64,000 nucleotides of DNA from an uncultured Actinomycetes bacterium (GCA_963737615.1 CAVTTI010000020.1:3322-67321), one strand, 5' to 3'. Positions 55,623 to 64,000 are shown, counted from the first letter of the stretch. The notes: a model not told the origin generated them from the letters alone. Made by a program: numbers and translations.

Positions 55623-57311
55623 TCATCCGCTCGCAGCTATCGGTCGGCCAACGCCAAACGATCTACCGTCACCGCTCTTGCGGAGGACGAGGTACGCCCA
55701 TACCGTCCTCAGGATGGCCCAACCGATTGCAACGCCGCCGCTCACTAGAAGCGGGTAGGCGAGGTCAGGGAGTCCCTGGGCGAGAATGAGCAGTGGCAGT
55801 CCGAATTGCTTCGGCAACAGAACCAAGACGAGCAGCGCCCAAGCCAGGTTCAGCACCAGTCCCAGGCCAATGTGCCACCCCGGTCCGAACCAGCCGCGTG
55901 AAACACGCCCCCGGCGGAAAGCCATCGCCGACCTGATCATCCCAGCGGCTTGGAGCATGAGCACGCCGAATACGACCGCGTAGATCAGGAATACCCCGAT
56001 GTTCGACGGGGGCGAGGGCGGCTCCTGTCCCTGCGCGAGGCTGGCGACGCCTTCAGCGACGGTCCCCATGCGCCCGCGAAGGAAGAGATCCTCGGAGTTC
56101 TCTGCGTTCATCAACACGACAACTCCACGCCGGCTCTCAGGTATCAGAACGATGTTCGCGTGAAAGTTGAAGGTTTCGCCCTGATGAAAGACGGCCGGAA
56201 TGCCGTTCACCGGCCCGACGAACCAGCCCATGCCGTACGACGTGTCAGCTTTAGGTGTGGGAACGGCGGGCCGGTGCAATTCGGCCATCCCTGAGGGCGA
56301 AAGGACTGCTCCAGCGCCATAGTGCCCGTCGTTGAGCTGGGCGATCAGATAGTGAGCCACGTCCTCCGCGCTGGAGATGAGGTAGCCAGCGGGGAGAAGG
56401 CCACGGTTGTAGGGCAGATCGACGGCTTCAGGACGGCCGAACCAATAGCGGTGACCCGTAGCCAAACCCTGCGGCTTCGCCTCCACCTCGGAAGTGAAGG
56501 AGTTGCGCATCTTCAGCGGATCGAAGATGTGCTCCTGAACGTAGCTCTCGTAGGACTGTCCGCTCACGGTTTGCACGACGAGCCCCAGTACCGAATAGTT
56601 GATCGTGCTGTACTGGTGAGTCGCTCCCACCGGCGCTGTGAGTTGAGCGGTACTCAGCTTTCGAACGGCCTTTTCCAGCGCGCTGTCACTCGTGTCCGAG
56701 CTCCCTTGGAACGAACGTCCTGTCTTTGTCGACAGGCCGCTCGTCTGGTTCAACAGGTGGCGCACGGTGATCTGGGCGGAGGCCTCTTCATCGGCCACCC
56801 GAAACCAGGGGATGTATCGCTGGACAGGCGCGTCGACTTCGACCTTCCCCGCCTCTACCAGTTGCATGATCGCGAGGGCAGTGAAGGATTTCGCCAACGA
56901 CCCGATGATGAAGGGTGTTTGCGGTGTCACGGCCCGGCCGGACGTATCGGCATTGCCGAAGCCACGGATGTGGACGATTCGACCGTCCTGCACAATGCCC
57001 AGGGCCAAGCCGGGGATGCGCTGCGCATCCATCTCCGCGTCTACGAATTTGTCTATCGCCGCAAAGGCGGGTGCAGCGGCACTTGCCTCACTGGCAGCAA
57101 GGGTGTCCGAACTTGCGGGACGGCTCGCCAAGAAGGCACCGGCAAGAACCAGCGCCGCGAGCAGCACGACGATGCCGATCTTTCGGTACCGCGCACCCCA
57201 GCCGCCCGTCCTGCCGGCCAAGTTGGTTGGTCGCGTCGGTTCACCGCCGGCGTCAACCAGGTTCTCGTCCGTCGGCTCGTTCGGCTCGTTCTGGATGACG
57301 CGCGTCTTCAT
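55623..57311 (-). CDS. Beta-lactamase-fold serine hydrolase (PBP/esterase family) with N-terminal anchor and C-terminal multi-TM domain (module 1)
   Basis: Start ATG 57311 (MKTRVIQNEPNEP...) with GAGAGGAG 6 nt upstream. SxxK motif in FIIGSLAKSF; YSxxNY-like HQYSTINYSVLG; four hydrophobic helices in the last approximately 120 aa. Confidence 0.8.
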   Translation of the reverse strand: MKTRVIQNEPNEPTDENLVDAGGEPTRPTNLAGRTGGWGARYRKIGIVVLLAALVLAGAFLASRPASSDTLAASEASAAAPAFAAIDKFVDAEMDAQRIPGLALGIVQDGRIVHIRGFGNADTSGRAVTPQTPFIIGSLAKSFTALAIMQLVEAGKVEVDAPVQRYIPWFRVADEEASAQITVRHLLNQTSGLSTKTGRSFQGSSDTSDSALEKAVRKLSTAQLTAPVGATHQYSTINYSVLGLVVQTVSGQSYESYVQEHIFDPLKMRNSFTSEVEAKPQGLATGHRYWFGRPEAVDLPYNRGLLPAGYLISSAEDVAHYLIAQLNDGHYGAGAVLSPSGMAELHRPAVPTPKADTSYGMGWFVGPVNGIPAVFHQGETFNFHANIVLIPESRRGVVVLMNAENSEDLFLRGRMGTVAEGVASLAQGQEPPSPPSNIGVFLIYAVVFGVLMLQAAGMIRSAMAFRRGRVSRGWFGPGWHIGLGLVLNLAWALLVLVLLPKQFGLPLLILAQGLPDLAYPLLVSGGVAIGWAILRTVWAYLVLRKSGDGRSFGVGRPIAASG

Positions 57312-57367
57312 CGCTGCTCCTCTCGACACTGCGGGGCTTCACTGAACCTCGCAGCCATGACCGCCGA

Positions 57368-57407
57368 GCGGAAGGCGGGAAACTTGCCGTTTCTGGGGCG
57401 GGTTTCT
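57368..57407 (-). promoter_or_regulatory. Conserved intergenic motif between response regulator 1 and hydrolase 1 (candidate promoter/operator or terminator)
   Basis: Plus strand GCGGAAGGCGGGAAACTTGCCGTTTCTGGGGCGGGTTTCT contains GAAAC/GTTTC inverted repeats. About three quarters of positions are identical to 62121-62161 by hand alignment. Confidence 0.4.
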
Positions 57408-57426
57408 GGTGTCTCGCGCCCGCGCC

Positions 57427-58071
57427 TCAGGAGCGCAGGTAGAGGAGCACGGCCAGCACTCGGCGCGAGTCGCTCTCGCTCGAGGGGAGACCAAGCTTGC
57501 CGAAGATGCTGGAGACGTACTTCTCGACGGCACGGAGCGTGATCACGAGTTTGTCGGCGATCCCCTGATTGGAACGCCCTTCGGCCATCAGCTCGAGCAC
57601 CTCGCGCTCGCGTGGCGTCAGCTCGACGAGCGGATCATCGCTCCGACGTTTCGAGAGCAAGGTCGAGACGATGATCGGGTCGATCGCCGAGCCGCCGTTC
57701 GCGACGCGCTGTACCGCGCCGATGAACTCCTTGACGTCGCTGATGCGATCCTTGAGCAGGTAGCCCGCCCCTTCGGCAGAGTCGGCCAGTAGCTTCATCG
57801 CCAGCCCCAGCTCGACGTACTGCGACAGCACCAGCACGCCCACTGACGGCTGGCCGGCGCGGATCTCGAGCGCGGCGCGCAAGCCCTCGTCGTTGTGCGT
57901 CGGCGGAAGTCGGATGTCGACGATCGCGACGTCGGGCGAGTAGCTGCGCACCTTCAGGAGCAGGTCCTCGGCCGTGTCGCAGCTCCCCACAACCTCGACT
58001 CCACCCTCCTCCAGCAAGCGCTCGAGCCCCTCGCGAAGGAGGACGCTGTCCTCGGCGATTACGGCGCGCAC
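57427..58071 (-). CDS. LuxR/NarL-family response regulator (module 1)
   Basis: Trimmed to GTG 58071 (VRAVIAEDSVLLREGL...DVAIVDIRLPP receiver). C-terminal LTPREREVLELMAEGRSNQGIADKLVITLRAVEKYVSSIFGKLGL HTH. Confidence 0.9.
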   Translation of the reverse strand: MRAVIAEDSVLLREGLERLLEEGGVEVVGSCDTAEDLLLKVRSYSPDVAIVDIRLPPTHNDEGLRAALEIRAGQPSVGVLVLSQYVELGLAMKLLADSAEGAGYLLKDRISDVKEFIGAVQRVANGGSAIDPIIVSTLLSKRRSDDPLVELTPREREVLELMAEGRSNQGIADKLVITLRAVEKYVSSIFGKLGLPSSESDSRRVLAVLLYLRS

Positions 58072-59885
58072 GGGATCTCCGCCCTGACTCGCGTGCCACC
58101 GCCGGTCGGGCTCCACACCCGAAGCCGCCCCTCGAGGGCCTCGACGCGGTCGGCGAGACCGCGCAGGCCTGAGCCGCGCTCGGTGTCGGCGCCACCGATA
58201 CCGTCGTCGACGACTTCGACCAGGACTTGGCCGTCTCTCCAGCTGACCTCGACCGTGGCGGACGACGCCTTTGCGTACTTGCCGACGTTCGCGAGGCTCT
58301 CCGAGACGAGGTAGTAGGCGGCAACCTCTAGCGACTCTGGGAGGCGTCCGTCGATCTCGACCGTAAGGCGGACCGGAACCGGCGCATGGGCCGTGAGCTG
58401 CTCCAGCGCGACGGCGAGGCCATGTCCGCTGACGACGGCGGGATGGATCCCTCGCGCGATCTCGCGCAGCTCCCCGAGCGACGCCGCGATCTCACGCCGC
58501 GCCTCGCCGAGCCGCGCGCTCGCATTGGGGTCGGCGTCCAGCTGCTCTTCGAGCAGACTCAGCTCGAGCGAGAGCGCGATGAGTCGCTGCTGTGCACCGT
58601 CGTGCAGGTTGCGCTCCAGCCTCTGCCGCTCCTTGTGACCCGCCTCGATCACGCGCGCACGCGATCCCCGTAGCTCTGCCAGCCGCGCCCGAAGCTCGGC
58701 ATGCAGCCGCTCGCTCTCGAGTGCGATGCCCGCCGCTCCGCAGACCGCGTCCAGCAGCTCACGCTCCTCCGCGAGCGACGAGTCGTGGACCAACGCCGCG
58801 ACGTGCCGATCGTCTTGCACGATCCGCGCAATCATCCGGTCATCGCCGGCGGCAGGCAGCGAGACCGGCTCACCGTCCGCGTTCACGTATGTCTGGAACT
58901 CGGGCAGCCAATACGCGAGGATCACGGAAGGATCTCCAAGCGCCTTGGCGAGTGCTGCCTGCAACGCGCCGCCGCGCATCGTCCCGATGTCGGGGAAAAG
59001 GTCAGAGACGCCGGCGTGGGCGAACCGAGACCGCAATAACCCGATGAGGAAGGCAAGCGGCACCAAGAGCAGGCCGGCAACCGTTACGAACAAGAGCAGC
59101 TGGGAGCGCGAGCCGGTCACCAGCGTATTCAGCAAGAACGAGGCGAAGAGAAGGAGGCTGATGCCGCCGGCGAGGCTCGGCAGGAGTGCCCGACGGAGCG
59201 GCCGGTTGGCTGCTTTCCAGCGCATTGCGAGTAGAGCAAACGCTGCGACCGAAGCTCCGAACGTGACCCAACCTGCCGCCTTGTTGATCGAGTCGGCGAC
59301 CTGAGCATTCGGAAACGCCGCGAGCAAGTCGTTCGTCTGAGGAAGAAACAACAGCCTCACGAACTGGAGCACGAGGAGGGAAACGAACGCGCCGAGCACG
59401 AGGCGATCTGCTGCGGAGCGGACGCGGCGGCCACTCGGAAAAGAGAGTAGGAGGGCCACGAACACGATCGTCCAGGCGTCTGCGAGCAGCGTGCCCACGG
59501 TCTGCGCAAACGCGGAGTCGACTTGCCCGAGAAGCGGCTCCGCGAAGAACGCAAAGCCCGTCGCGACCATCAGGCGCCCTGTACGGTTCTGCGGCCGCCG
59601 ATGCCAGGCGATGAGGCCGCAAGCCAAGAACGATCCTCCGACCGCTCGGGACAACACATCCAACGTTGTCACCGGCCTGCCATCGTTGAAGATCACCGGA
59701 ACGAACACTCCGAGCTCGGCAGCAGCAGCCGCGAGCCAGAGAACAACCCAGACGGCGGGCCGCGGCTCGATGAATGTCCGGCGAGTCCAAGCGGCAGCAA
59801 CACGCGGGCCGATCCGCTTCGACCCGAAGCGGCCCGTCATGCCAGCCGGCAGCGCCGCGCGCTGCATATACGCCTCCTCGCTCAA
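58059..59885 (-). CDS. Sensor histidine kinase, HisKA_3/NarX-LiaS class, with large polytopic N-terminal domain (module 1)
   Basis: About 330 aa of TM helices, then ERQRLERNLHDGAQQRL (H-box of HisKA_3) and HATPase_c motifs (ESLANVGKYA, DDGIGGA, GSGLRGLADRVEALEG). Confidence 0.9.
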   Translation of the reverse strand: MSEEAYMQRAALPAGMTGRFGSKRIGPRVAAAWTRRTFIEPRPAVWVVLWLAAAAAELGVFVPVIFNDGRPVTTLDVLSRAVGGSFLACGLIAWHRRPQNRTGRLMVATGFAFFAEPLLGQVDSAFAQTVGTLLADAWTIVFVALLLSFPSGRRVRSAADRLVLGAFVSLLVLQFVRLLFLPQTNDLLAAFPNAQVADSINKAAGWVTFGASVAAFALLAMRWKAANRPLRRALLPSLAGGISLLLFASFLLNTLVTGSRSQLLLFVTVAGLLLVPLAFLIGLLRSRFAHAGVSDLFPDIGTMRGGALQAALAKALGDPSVILAYWLPEFQTYVNADGEPVSLPAAGDDRMIARIVQDDRHVAALVHDSSLAEERELLDAVCGAAGIALESERLHAELRARLAELRGSRARVIEAGHKERQRLERNLHDGAQQRLIALSLELSLLEEQLDADPNASARLGEARREIAASLGELREIARGIHPAVVSGHGLAVALEQLTAHAPVPVRLTVEIDGRLPESLEVAAYYLVSESLANVGKYAKASSATVEVSWRDGQVLVEVVDDGIGGADTERGSGLRGLADRVEALEGRLRVWSPTGGGTRVRAEIPCAP

Positions 59886-60576
59886 CCGAGCGGCTACGCA
59901 GAGGAGGCCGCGTGTCGAAGTCTCTCCGGCGAGATCTCGGCCGATAACGAACTCGTGAAACTCGGAGTCTAGTCTCCTCTGCGCAACCCTTCACTTCGTG
60001 GGCCCAGAGGCGTTCGCTTGTCGCAGTGCTTCGCGCCATTAGCGAATGAGGTGGTCACCGTCGCGCCCAGCGCCAGCAACAGCGACTCCCCGTTTGCAGG
60101 CACTTTCTGACTCAGGGAGCTGCGATCGCAGGTCTCGACCAAGCCAGAGGTGGTCGCGCTTGATCGCGCGTGCCCGCGAATGCCCGCGCGTTCCAAGATG
60201 TACCCGTCTCGTACCCGCGAAGAATCTTCATCTCGTTGCTGCAGACAACACTCTAGCCCGATTTGCAGGTCTTTTGTTGAAGCCTCTGGCGAATTCGAAC
60301 CGTCGACCCCCTCCTTACCATGTCTGATCTGGCACCGGTCTCGGGCGGTCAGGCTCGGACAGATGCACTGGTAGAGCGGCTTCTCCACTCTTCCAAGAGG
60401 CGTACTTTCTCGGCTCTTGGGAGCTCGGAATCCGAAACGGGCTTCCCGGAGAGTGACGTTTACACGCGAGCCCGTGTAATGGCTTCTAAGCCCCTCGAGC
60501 CATGCTCGATGCCCAGATGCCCAGCAGGAAGAGGCCGTACTCCCGTCGCATCAGGGCTGCAAGGCGGGCGGGGATC

Positions 60577-60611
60577 ACCGGTGGACGCCATGTCTGGTGG
60601 CGCCCACCGGT
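60577..60611 (-). terminator. Long GC-rich hairpin 15 nt downstream of the hydrolase-2 stop (possible intrinsic terminator without U tract)
   Basis: ACCGGTGGACGCCA-tgtctgg-TGGCGCCCACCGGT: 13 bp with one A.C mismatch and a 7-nt loop. No U tract follows on the minus strand. Confidence 0.35.
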
Positions 60612-60625
60612 TTCGGTCGCGCTGG

Positions 60626-61810
60626 TCACCGATTCGCCGACCTGAACGTGCTGCAGTAGGCCTTATCGAGCAGCTCGTAGAAGAGCGACTTGAAGTCCTC
60701 CGTCTGCGAGGTCTCGTCGAGGTTCACCATCAGCAGGGCCTGGTGTCGACCATTCTCGCTCGTCCACGCGTCCGAGAAGAAGCCGCCGAAGGCACCGTTG
60801 TGGCCCCAGGCGATGCCGCAAGACGTTCCAGCTCGAATCAGACCGAGGCCCAATCCGGCACCGGGCGGTGCACCTTCCACGGGAACTACCTCCTTCATCT
60901 CCCGCAGCAAGCGAGCTTTGAGCAGGCGACCGGAGAGAAGCGCCCGGTAGAAGCCGAGGTCGTCCGCACCCGTCGAGATGATCGCGCCGGCCGCCCAGAC
61001 GAACGGACTGATGCCGGTGATGTCGATTGCGGGAGGCTCCCCGAGGATGATGTAGCCGTGCGCATGCCGACCCGCGATCCCCGGCCTGGTCGGAAACGAC
61101 GTCGCGCGCAGGTTCAGAGGTTGGAAGATGCGGTGGCTCAGCTCTCCACGAAGCGTGTTCTCGGTCGCCGCCCTGATGATTAGTCCGGCAAGGATGTATC
61201 CCGTATTCGAGTACGACTGCGTGGCGCCGGGCTCGAACAGAGGCTCGTGCGACACTGCGATCCGGACGAGCTCCCGCGGCGCCCAGTGGAAGCCGAGGTC
61301 GCCGTTTATGTAGGGCTCGAGGACGCGCGGATCGTTCTCGTAGTCGAAGAGCCCGCTCGTGTGGTTCAGGAGCTGGCGAATCGTGATCCCATCACCATTA
61401 GGAACGAGCCCGGGCAGCCACTGCTCGACAGTGTCTTCGAGGTGAAGCTTCCCCTCGGCGACCAGTTGCAGGACGACCGTTGCCACGTAGGTCTTCGTGT
61501 GGCTAGCGATCCGGAAGCGGTCGCTAGGTCGCATCGGCGTCTGCTCGTCGACGTTGCCGAGGCCACTGCCGAGGCTGACGGTGCGGCTTCCGTCGCGAAC
61601 CACCAGGATGGCGCCCGGAACGCCGGCGGCGACGAGTGCGTCGAGGTCTTCCTGAAGCTGCGGTGCGGGCGTGCTTGTGGTGGTCGCGGTAGTGGCGATC
61701 GCGGAAGCGGTTAGGAGCGCGGCCGCCGTCAGGCCGGCGAGGATCGCGCCCGAGAGTGCAAGCCTCCTCCGGGTCCTTGTCGGCTTCGCGTGTGGGGCTG
61801 GGCTGGTCAT
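60626..61810 (-). CDS. Secreted beta-lactamase-fold serine hydrolase / D-Ala-D-Ala carboxypeptidase-like protein (module 2)
   Basis: ORF 60626..61870 trimmed to ATG 61810 (GGAGGA 5-6 nt upstream). Twin-Arg signal TRTRRRLALSGAILAG; SxxK in RIASHTKTY; YSNTGY; AWGHNGAFGG. Confidence 0.85.
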   Translation of the reverse strand: MTSPAPHAKPTRTRRRLALSGAILAGLTAAALLTASAIATTATTTSTPAPQLQEDLDALVAAGVPGAILVVRDGSRTVSLGSGLGNVDEQTPMRPSDRFRIASHTKTYVATVVLQLVAEGKLHLEDTVEQWLPGLVPNGDGITIRQLLNHTSGLFDYENDPRVLEPYINGDLGFHWAPRELVRIAVSHEPLFEPGATQSYSNTGYILAGLIIRAATENTLRGELSHRIFQPLNLRATSFPTRPGIAGRHAHGYIILGEPPAIDITGISPFVWAAGAIISTGADDLGFYRALLSGRLLKARLLREMKEVVPVEGAPPGAGLGLGLIRAGTSCGIAWGHNGAFGGFFSDAWTSENGRHQALLMVNLDETSQTEDFKSLFYELLDKAYCSTFRSANR

Positions 61811-61899
61811 CGTGTTCCTCCGTTCGCTGGAGTTTGGGGCGGTCGCATCAAACGCGATCCGAGCGCCCAAGGGAGTGCTGTTCGGCGGCAGTCGAGGTG

Positions 61900-62067
61900 C
61901 TAGCCAGTAGGCTCGAGCGCCGGGGGTGCCTTCACCGCTACGGTCGGCTCGCCCGAGCTGCCATGCGCGGCGAGGTTGGTCGACCGCTTTTGTTCAACCG
62001 GCGCCTCGGCGCGATCCTCGAAGGTGGTGGGGTCGTCTGAATCGTCCTGGATGACGCGCGTCTTCAT
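61900..62067 (-). CDS. Small ORF (55 aa) whose first 7 codons are identical to the N-terminus of hydrolase 1
   Basis: ATG 62067 gives MKTRVIQDDSDDPTTFEDRAEAPVEQKRSTNLAAHGSSGEPTVAVKAPPALEPTG-TAG. The first 21 nt are identical to 57291-57311. The STNLA segment parallels PTNLA in hydrolase 1. Below the 60-aa cutoff of the ORF track. Confidence 0.4.
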   Translation of the reverse strand: MKTRVIQDDSDDPTTFEDRAEAPVEQKRSTNLAAHGSSGEPTVAVKAPPALEPTG

Positions 62068-62120
62068 CGCCGGTCCTTTCGTCTTGCGGAAATGTCCACA
62101 CTGTCAGCAACGGCAGCGCA

Positions 62121-62161
62121 GCGGAAGCCGGAAAACTTGTTCGTTCGGGGGCCGGTTTTCT
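62121..62161 (-). promoter_or_regulatory. Conserved intergenic motif, module 2 copy
   Basis: Plus strand GCGGAAGCCGGAAAACTTGTTCGTTCGGGGGCCGGTTTTCT with a GAAAAC/GTTTTC inverted repeat. Paralogous to 57368-57407. Confidence 0.4.
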
Positions 62162-62182
62162 CTCGTGTTGTCGACCCGCGCG

Positions 62183-62827
62183 TCAGGAGCGCAGGTAGAG
62201 CAATACGGCGAGGACGCGGCGCGACTCTGTTCCCGTCGAGGGAAGACCCAGCTTGCCGAAGATCGTTGAGACGTGCCTTTCGACAGCACGGAGCGTGATC
62301 ACAAGCCTGTCGGCGATCCCCTGGTTCGACCGGCCCTCCGCCATCAGGACAAGAATCTCGCGCTCGCGGGGCGTTAGCTGCGCGAGCGGATCGTCGCTTC
62401 GTCGCTTCGTGAGGAGCGTCGAGATGATGATCGGGTCGATTGCCGTGCCACCAGCGGCGACTCGTCGCACTGCCCCGAGGAAATCCTTGACGTTGTTGAT
62501 TCGGTTCTTGAGCAGATAACCGACTCCTTCCGCCGAATCGGCAAGCAGCTTCATCGCTAGGCCGACCTCGACGTACTGCGACAGCACGAGGACGCCTACG
62601 GACGGGTGTTGGGCACGAATTTCGAGCGCCGCTTGGAGCCCTTCGTCGCTATGCGTCGGTGGCAAGCGGATGTCGACGATCGCGACGTCGGGCGAGTAGC
62701 TCCGGACGAGCCTGAGGAGCCGCTCGGCTGTATCGCAGCTGCCGGCGACATCGAATCCGCGCGCCGACAACAGCTGCACCAGTCCCTCCCGCAAAAGGAC
62801 GCCGTCCTCGGCGATTACGACGCGCAG
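62183..62827 (-). CDS. LuxR/NarL-family response regulator (module 2); conserved N-terminus begins at a CTG codon
   Basis: The track ORF starts at TTG 62794 (MREGLVQ...), but the receiver N-terminus LRVVIAEDGVLL continues in frame to CTG 62825-27. That is exactly where module 1 has its GTG start, and an in-frame TGA lies just upstream. Confidence 0.8.
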   Translation of the reverse strand: MRVVIAEDGVLLREGLVQLLSARGFDVAGSCDTAERLLRLVRSYSPDVAIVDIRLPPTHSDEGLQAALEIRAQHPSVGVLVLSQYVEVGLAMKLLADSAEGVGYLLKNRINNVKDFLGAVRRVAAGGTAIDPIIISTLLTKRRSDDPLAQLTPREREILVLMAEGRSNQGIADRLVITLRAVERHVSTIFGKLGLPSTGTESRRVLAVLLYLRS

Positions 62828-64000
62828 GGGATCTCAGCTCTCACGCGGGTGCCGCGGCCTCCCTGACTCCAGACTCGAACCCGCCCGCCGACAGCCTCGA
62901 CCCGGTCGGCGAGGCCGCGCAGACCCGACCCGCGCTCGGTATCGGCACCTCCGACGCCGTCATCGAAAACCTCGACGCGGATGTGCCCGTTGATGCGCGT
63001 CACATCGACCGTGGCCATAGATGCCTGCGCGTGTTTGCCGACGTTCGCAAGACTCTCCGAAATGAGGTAGTAGGCAGCAACCTCGAGCGCCTCCGGAAGG
63101 CGTCCCTCGATTTCGACTCTCAGATCGACGGGGACCGCCGCGCGCGCCGCAAGCTCCTCGAGCGCGACGGCAAGCCCATGGGCGCTGAGAACGGCCGGGT
63201 GAATTCCCTGCGCGATCTCACGCAGCTCCTCCAGCGATGTGTCGATCTCGCCTCGCGCCCGCTCGAGCTGAACTGTCGCACTGCGGTCGCCGGCAAGCTC
63301 CTCTTCGAGCAGGCTCAACTGGAGCGAGAGCGCAACGAGTCGATGCTGCGCACCGTCGTGCAGGTTGCGCTCCAATCGTTGCCGCTCTCGCTGACCCGCC
63401 TCGACAATTCGCGCGCGCGAGCCACGCAGTTGTTCGACGCGGGCTCGCAGCTCGACGTTCAGCCGCGCGTTTTCGAGCGCGATCCCCGCAGCGGCGGTGA
63501 CCGCAGCCAGGAGTTCGGGCTCATCCTCCAACGCAGCATCGTGCAGCAGCGCCGCTACGCGTGCGCCCTCGCGGTCGATCAGCCGCATCGCCCGCGCGCC
63601 GTTGGGGTCCGGCAGCTCAACGGACTGGCCGTCCTGATCAGCGTAACTTCCGAACTCGGGCAGCCAATACGCGAGGGTCAGCGACGGATCGCGAAGCGCC
63701 CGTGCGAGCGAATCACGGAGATCGGCCGGCGCCGGGTCCGCCCGGAGCTCGACAAAGAGCTCGCCGAGAGCCGAGCGGGCGAGCCGGTCATGAAGGAGTC
63801 CGATCAGGAAGGCGACCGGCGCGACGGTCAGTGTCAAGAAGGTGGCCCAGCGGATCTGTGCGACGACCGGACCGCCAAACGCCACCGAGATGAGGAAGAA
63901 GGCGATCATCACGAGGCCAAGCGCGAATGCGTCGGTGAGGAGAGCCAGCGAGCGTCGCAGCGGCCGGCCAGTAGCGCGTCTTCGGATGGCAAGGACGCCG
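62815..64000 (-). CDS. Sensor histidine kinase, HisKA_3 class (module 2), 5'-partial: runs off the window end
   Basis: Paralog of 58059..59885 (ERQRLERNLHDGAQHRL, ESLANVGKHA, GSGLRGLADRVEAVGG). The frame stays open upstream of 63912 to nt 64000 (…RPLRRSLALLTDAFALGLV), paralleling RPLRRALLPSLAGG in kinase 1. Confidence 0.85.
   Translation of the reverse strand, partial: GVLAIRRRATGRPLRRSLALLTDAFALGLVMIAFFLISVAFGGPVVAQIRWATFLTLTVAPVAFLIGLLHDRLARSALGELFVELRADPAPADLRDSLARALRDPSLTLAYWLPEFGSYADQDGQSVELPDPNGARAMRLIDREGARVAALLHDAALEDEPELLAAVTAAAGIALENARLNVELRARVEQLRGSRARIVEAGQRERQRLERNLHDGAQHRLVALSLQLSLLEEELAGDRSATVQLERARGEIDTSLEELREIAQGIHPAVLSAHGLAVALEELAARAAVPVDLRVEIEGRLPEALEVAAYYLISESLANVGKHAQASMATVDVTRINGHIRVEVFDDGVGGADTERGSGLRGLADRVEAVGGRVRVWSQGGRGTRVRAEIPCAS

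Noticed and set aside
60270-60322. GAATTCGAACC / ...CCTCCTTACCA sequence resembling a tRNA T loop and CCA end
   Set aside because: Neither strand gives a T stem, an acceptor stem or an anticodon arm. It is probably a chance resemblance inside a low-coding spacer.
59886-60625. ORFs 59969..60388(-), 60046..60327(+) and the 5' part of 60320..61183(+) in the spacer between the two modules
   Set aside because: No recognisable motifs, mutually overlapping, atypical composition. The 3' part of 60320..61183 is antisense to hydrolase 2. Left unannotated apart from the hairpin at 60577-60611.
1-64000. CRISPR arrays, rRNA genes, transposases, integrases, prophage modules
   Set aside because: No regularly spaced direct repeats, no rRNA-like conserved stretches, and no DDE/tyrosine-recombinase-like ORFs were recognised in any frame of the ORF track.

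Overview
High-GC, Actinobacteria-like chromosomal window (GC judged by eye, not computed). Identifications rest on remembered family motifs and hand translation, with no database searches. The ORF track holds many antisense or out-of-frame ORFs typical of high-GC DNA, and I kept only frames with recognisable family signatures. Layout: (1) 0.2-17.3 kb is an amino-acid biosynthesis region. An FTR1-type iron permease is followed by a plus-strand supraoperon: short leuA-like, degenerate IPMDH-like, ilvB, ilvN, ilvC, hom, thrC, thrB, ilvD. Then come an MscS channel, a clear SAM-I riboswitch in front of a second Zn-ribbon ThrC paralog, leuB, and convergent leuC-leuD. (2) 17.3-20.3 kb holds small genes: a Rho_N-domain protein, a VOC protein, a class III nucleotidyl cyclase and a TPR protein. 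(3) 20.3-29.3 kb is a tightly coupled 8-gene minus-strand operon encoding a CoxSMLG-like molybdenum hydroxylase plus four other enzymes. (4) At 29.36-29.94 kb an AhpD/CMD-family gene has its CxxC motif interrupted by an in-frame TGA followed by a hairpin, making it a selenoprotein candidate. (5) 30.3-44.6 kb is a 14-gene minus-strand GntR-headed cluster with 2-oxoacid dehydrogenase E1a/E1b/E2, two M24 hydrolases, a LivFGHM-type ABC importer with binding protein, an EamA transporter and an amidohydrolase. (6) 44.6-55.6 kb is a patchy, lower-density region. It contains an NlpC/P60 hydrolase, two 38-nt direct repeats that look like the 3' part of a tRNA-Sec gene and bracket a 4.1-kb segment, a C-terminal remnant of a TcA-like toxin, three universal stress proteins, a short OLD-family nuclease and a frameshifted Zn-ribbon ORF. 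(7) 55.6-64.0 kb carries two paralogous modules (histidine kinase, LuxR-type response regulator, beta-lactamase-fold serine hydrolase) with a conserved intergenic motif; the second kinase runs off the window end. Several conserved genes (leuD, livM, livG and two small ORFs) carry single-nucleotide frame disruptions, three of them at short G or C runs. Pseudogene calls may therefore reflect sequence errors. No CRISPR array, rRNA, intact tRNA, transposase or integrase was recognised.
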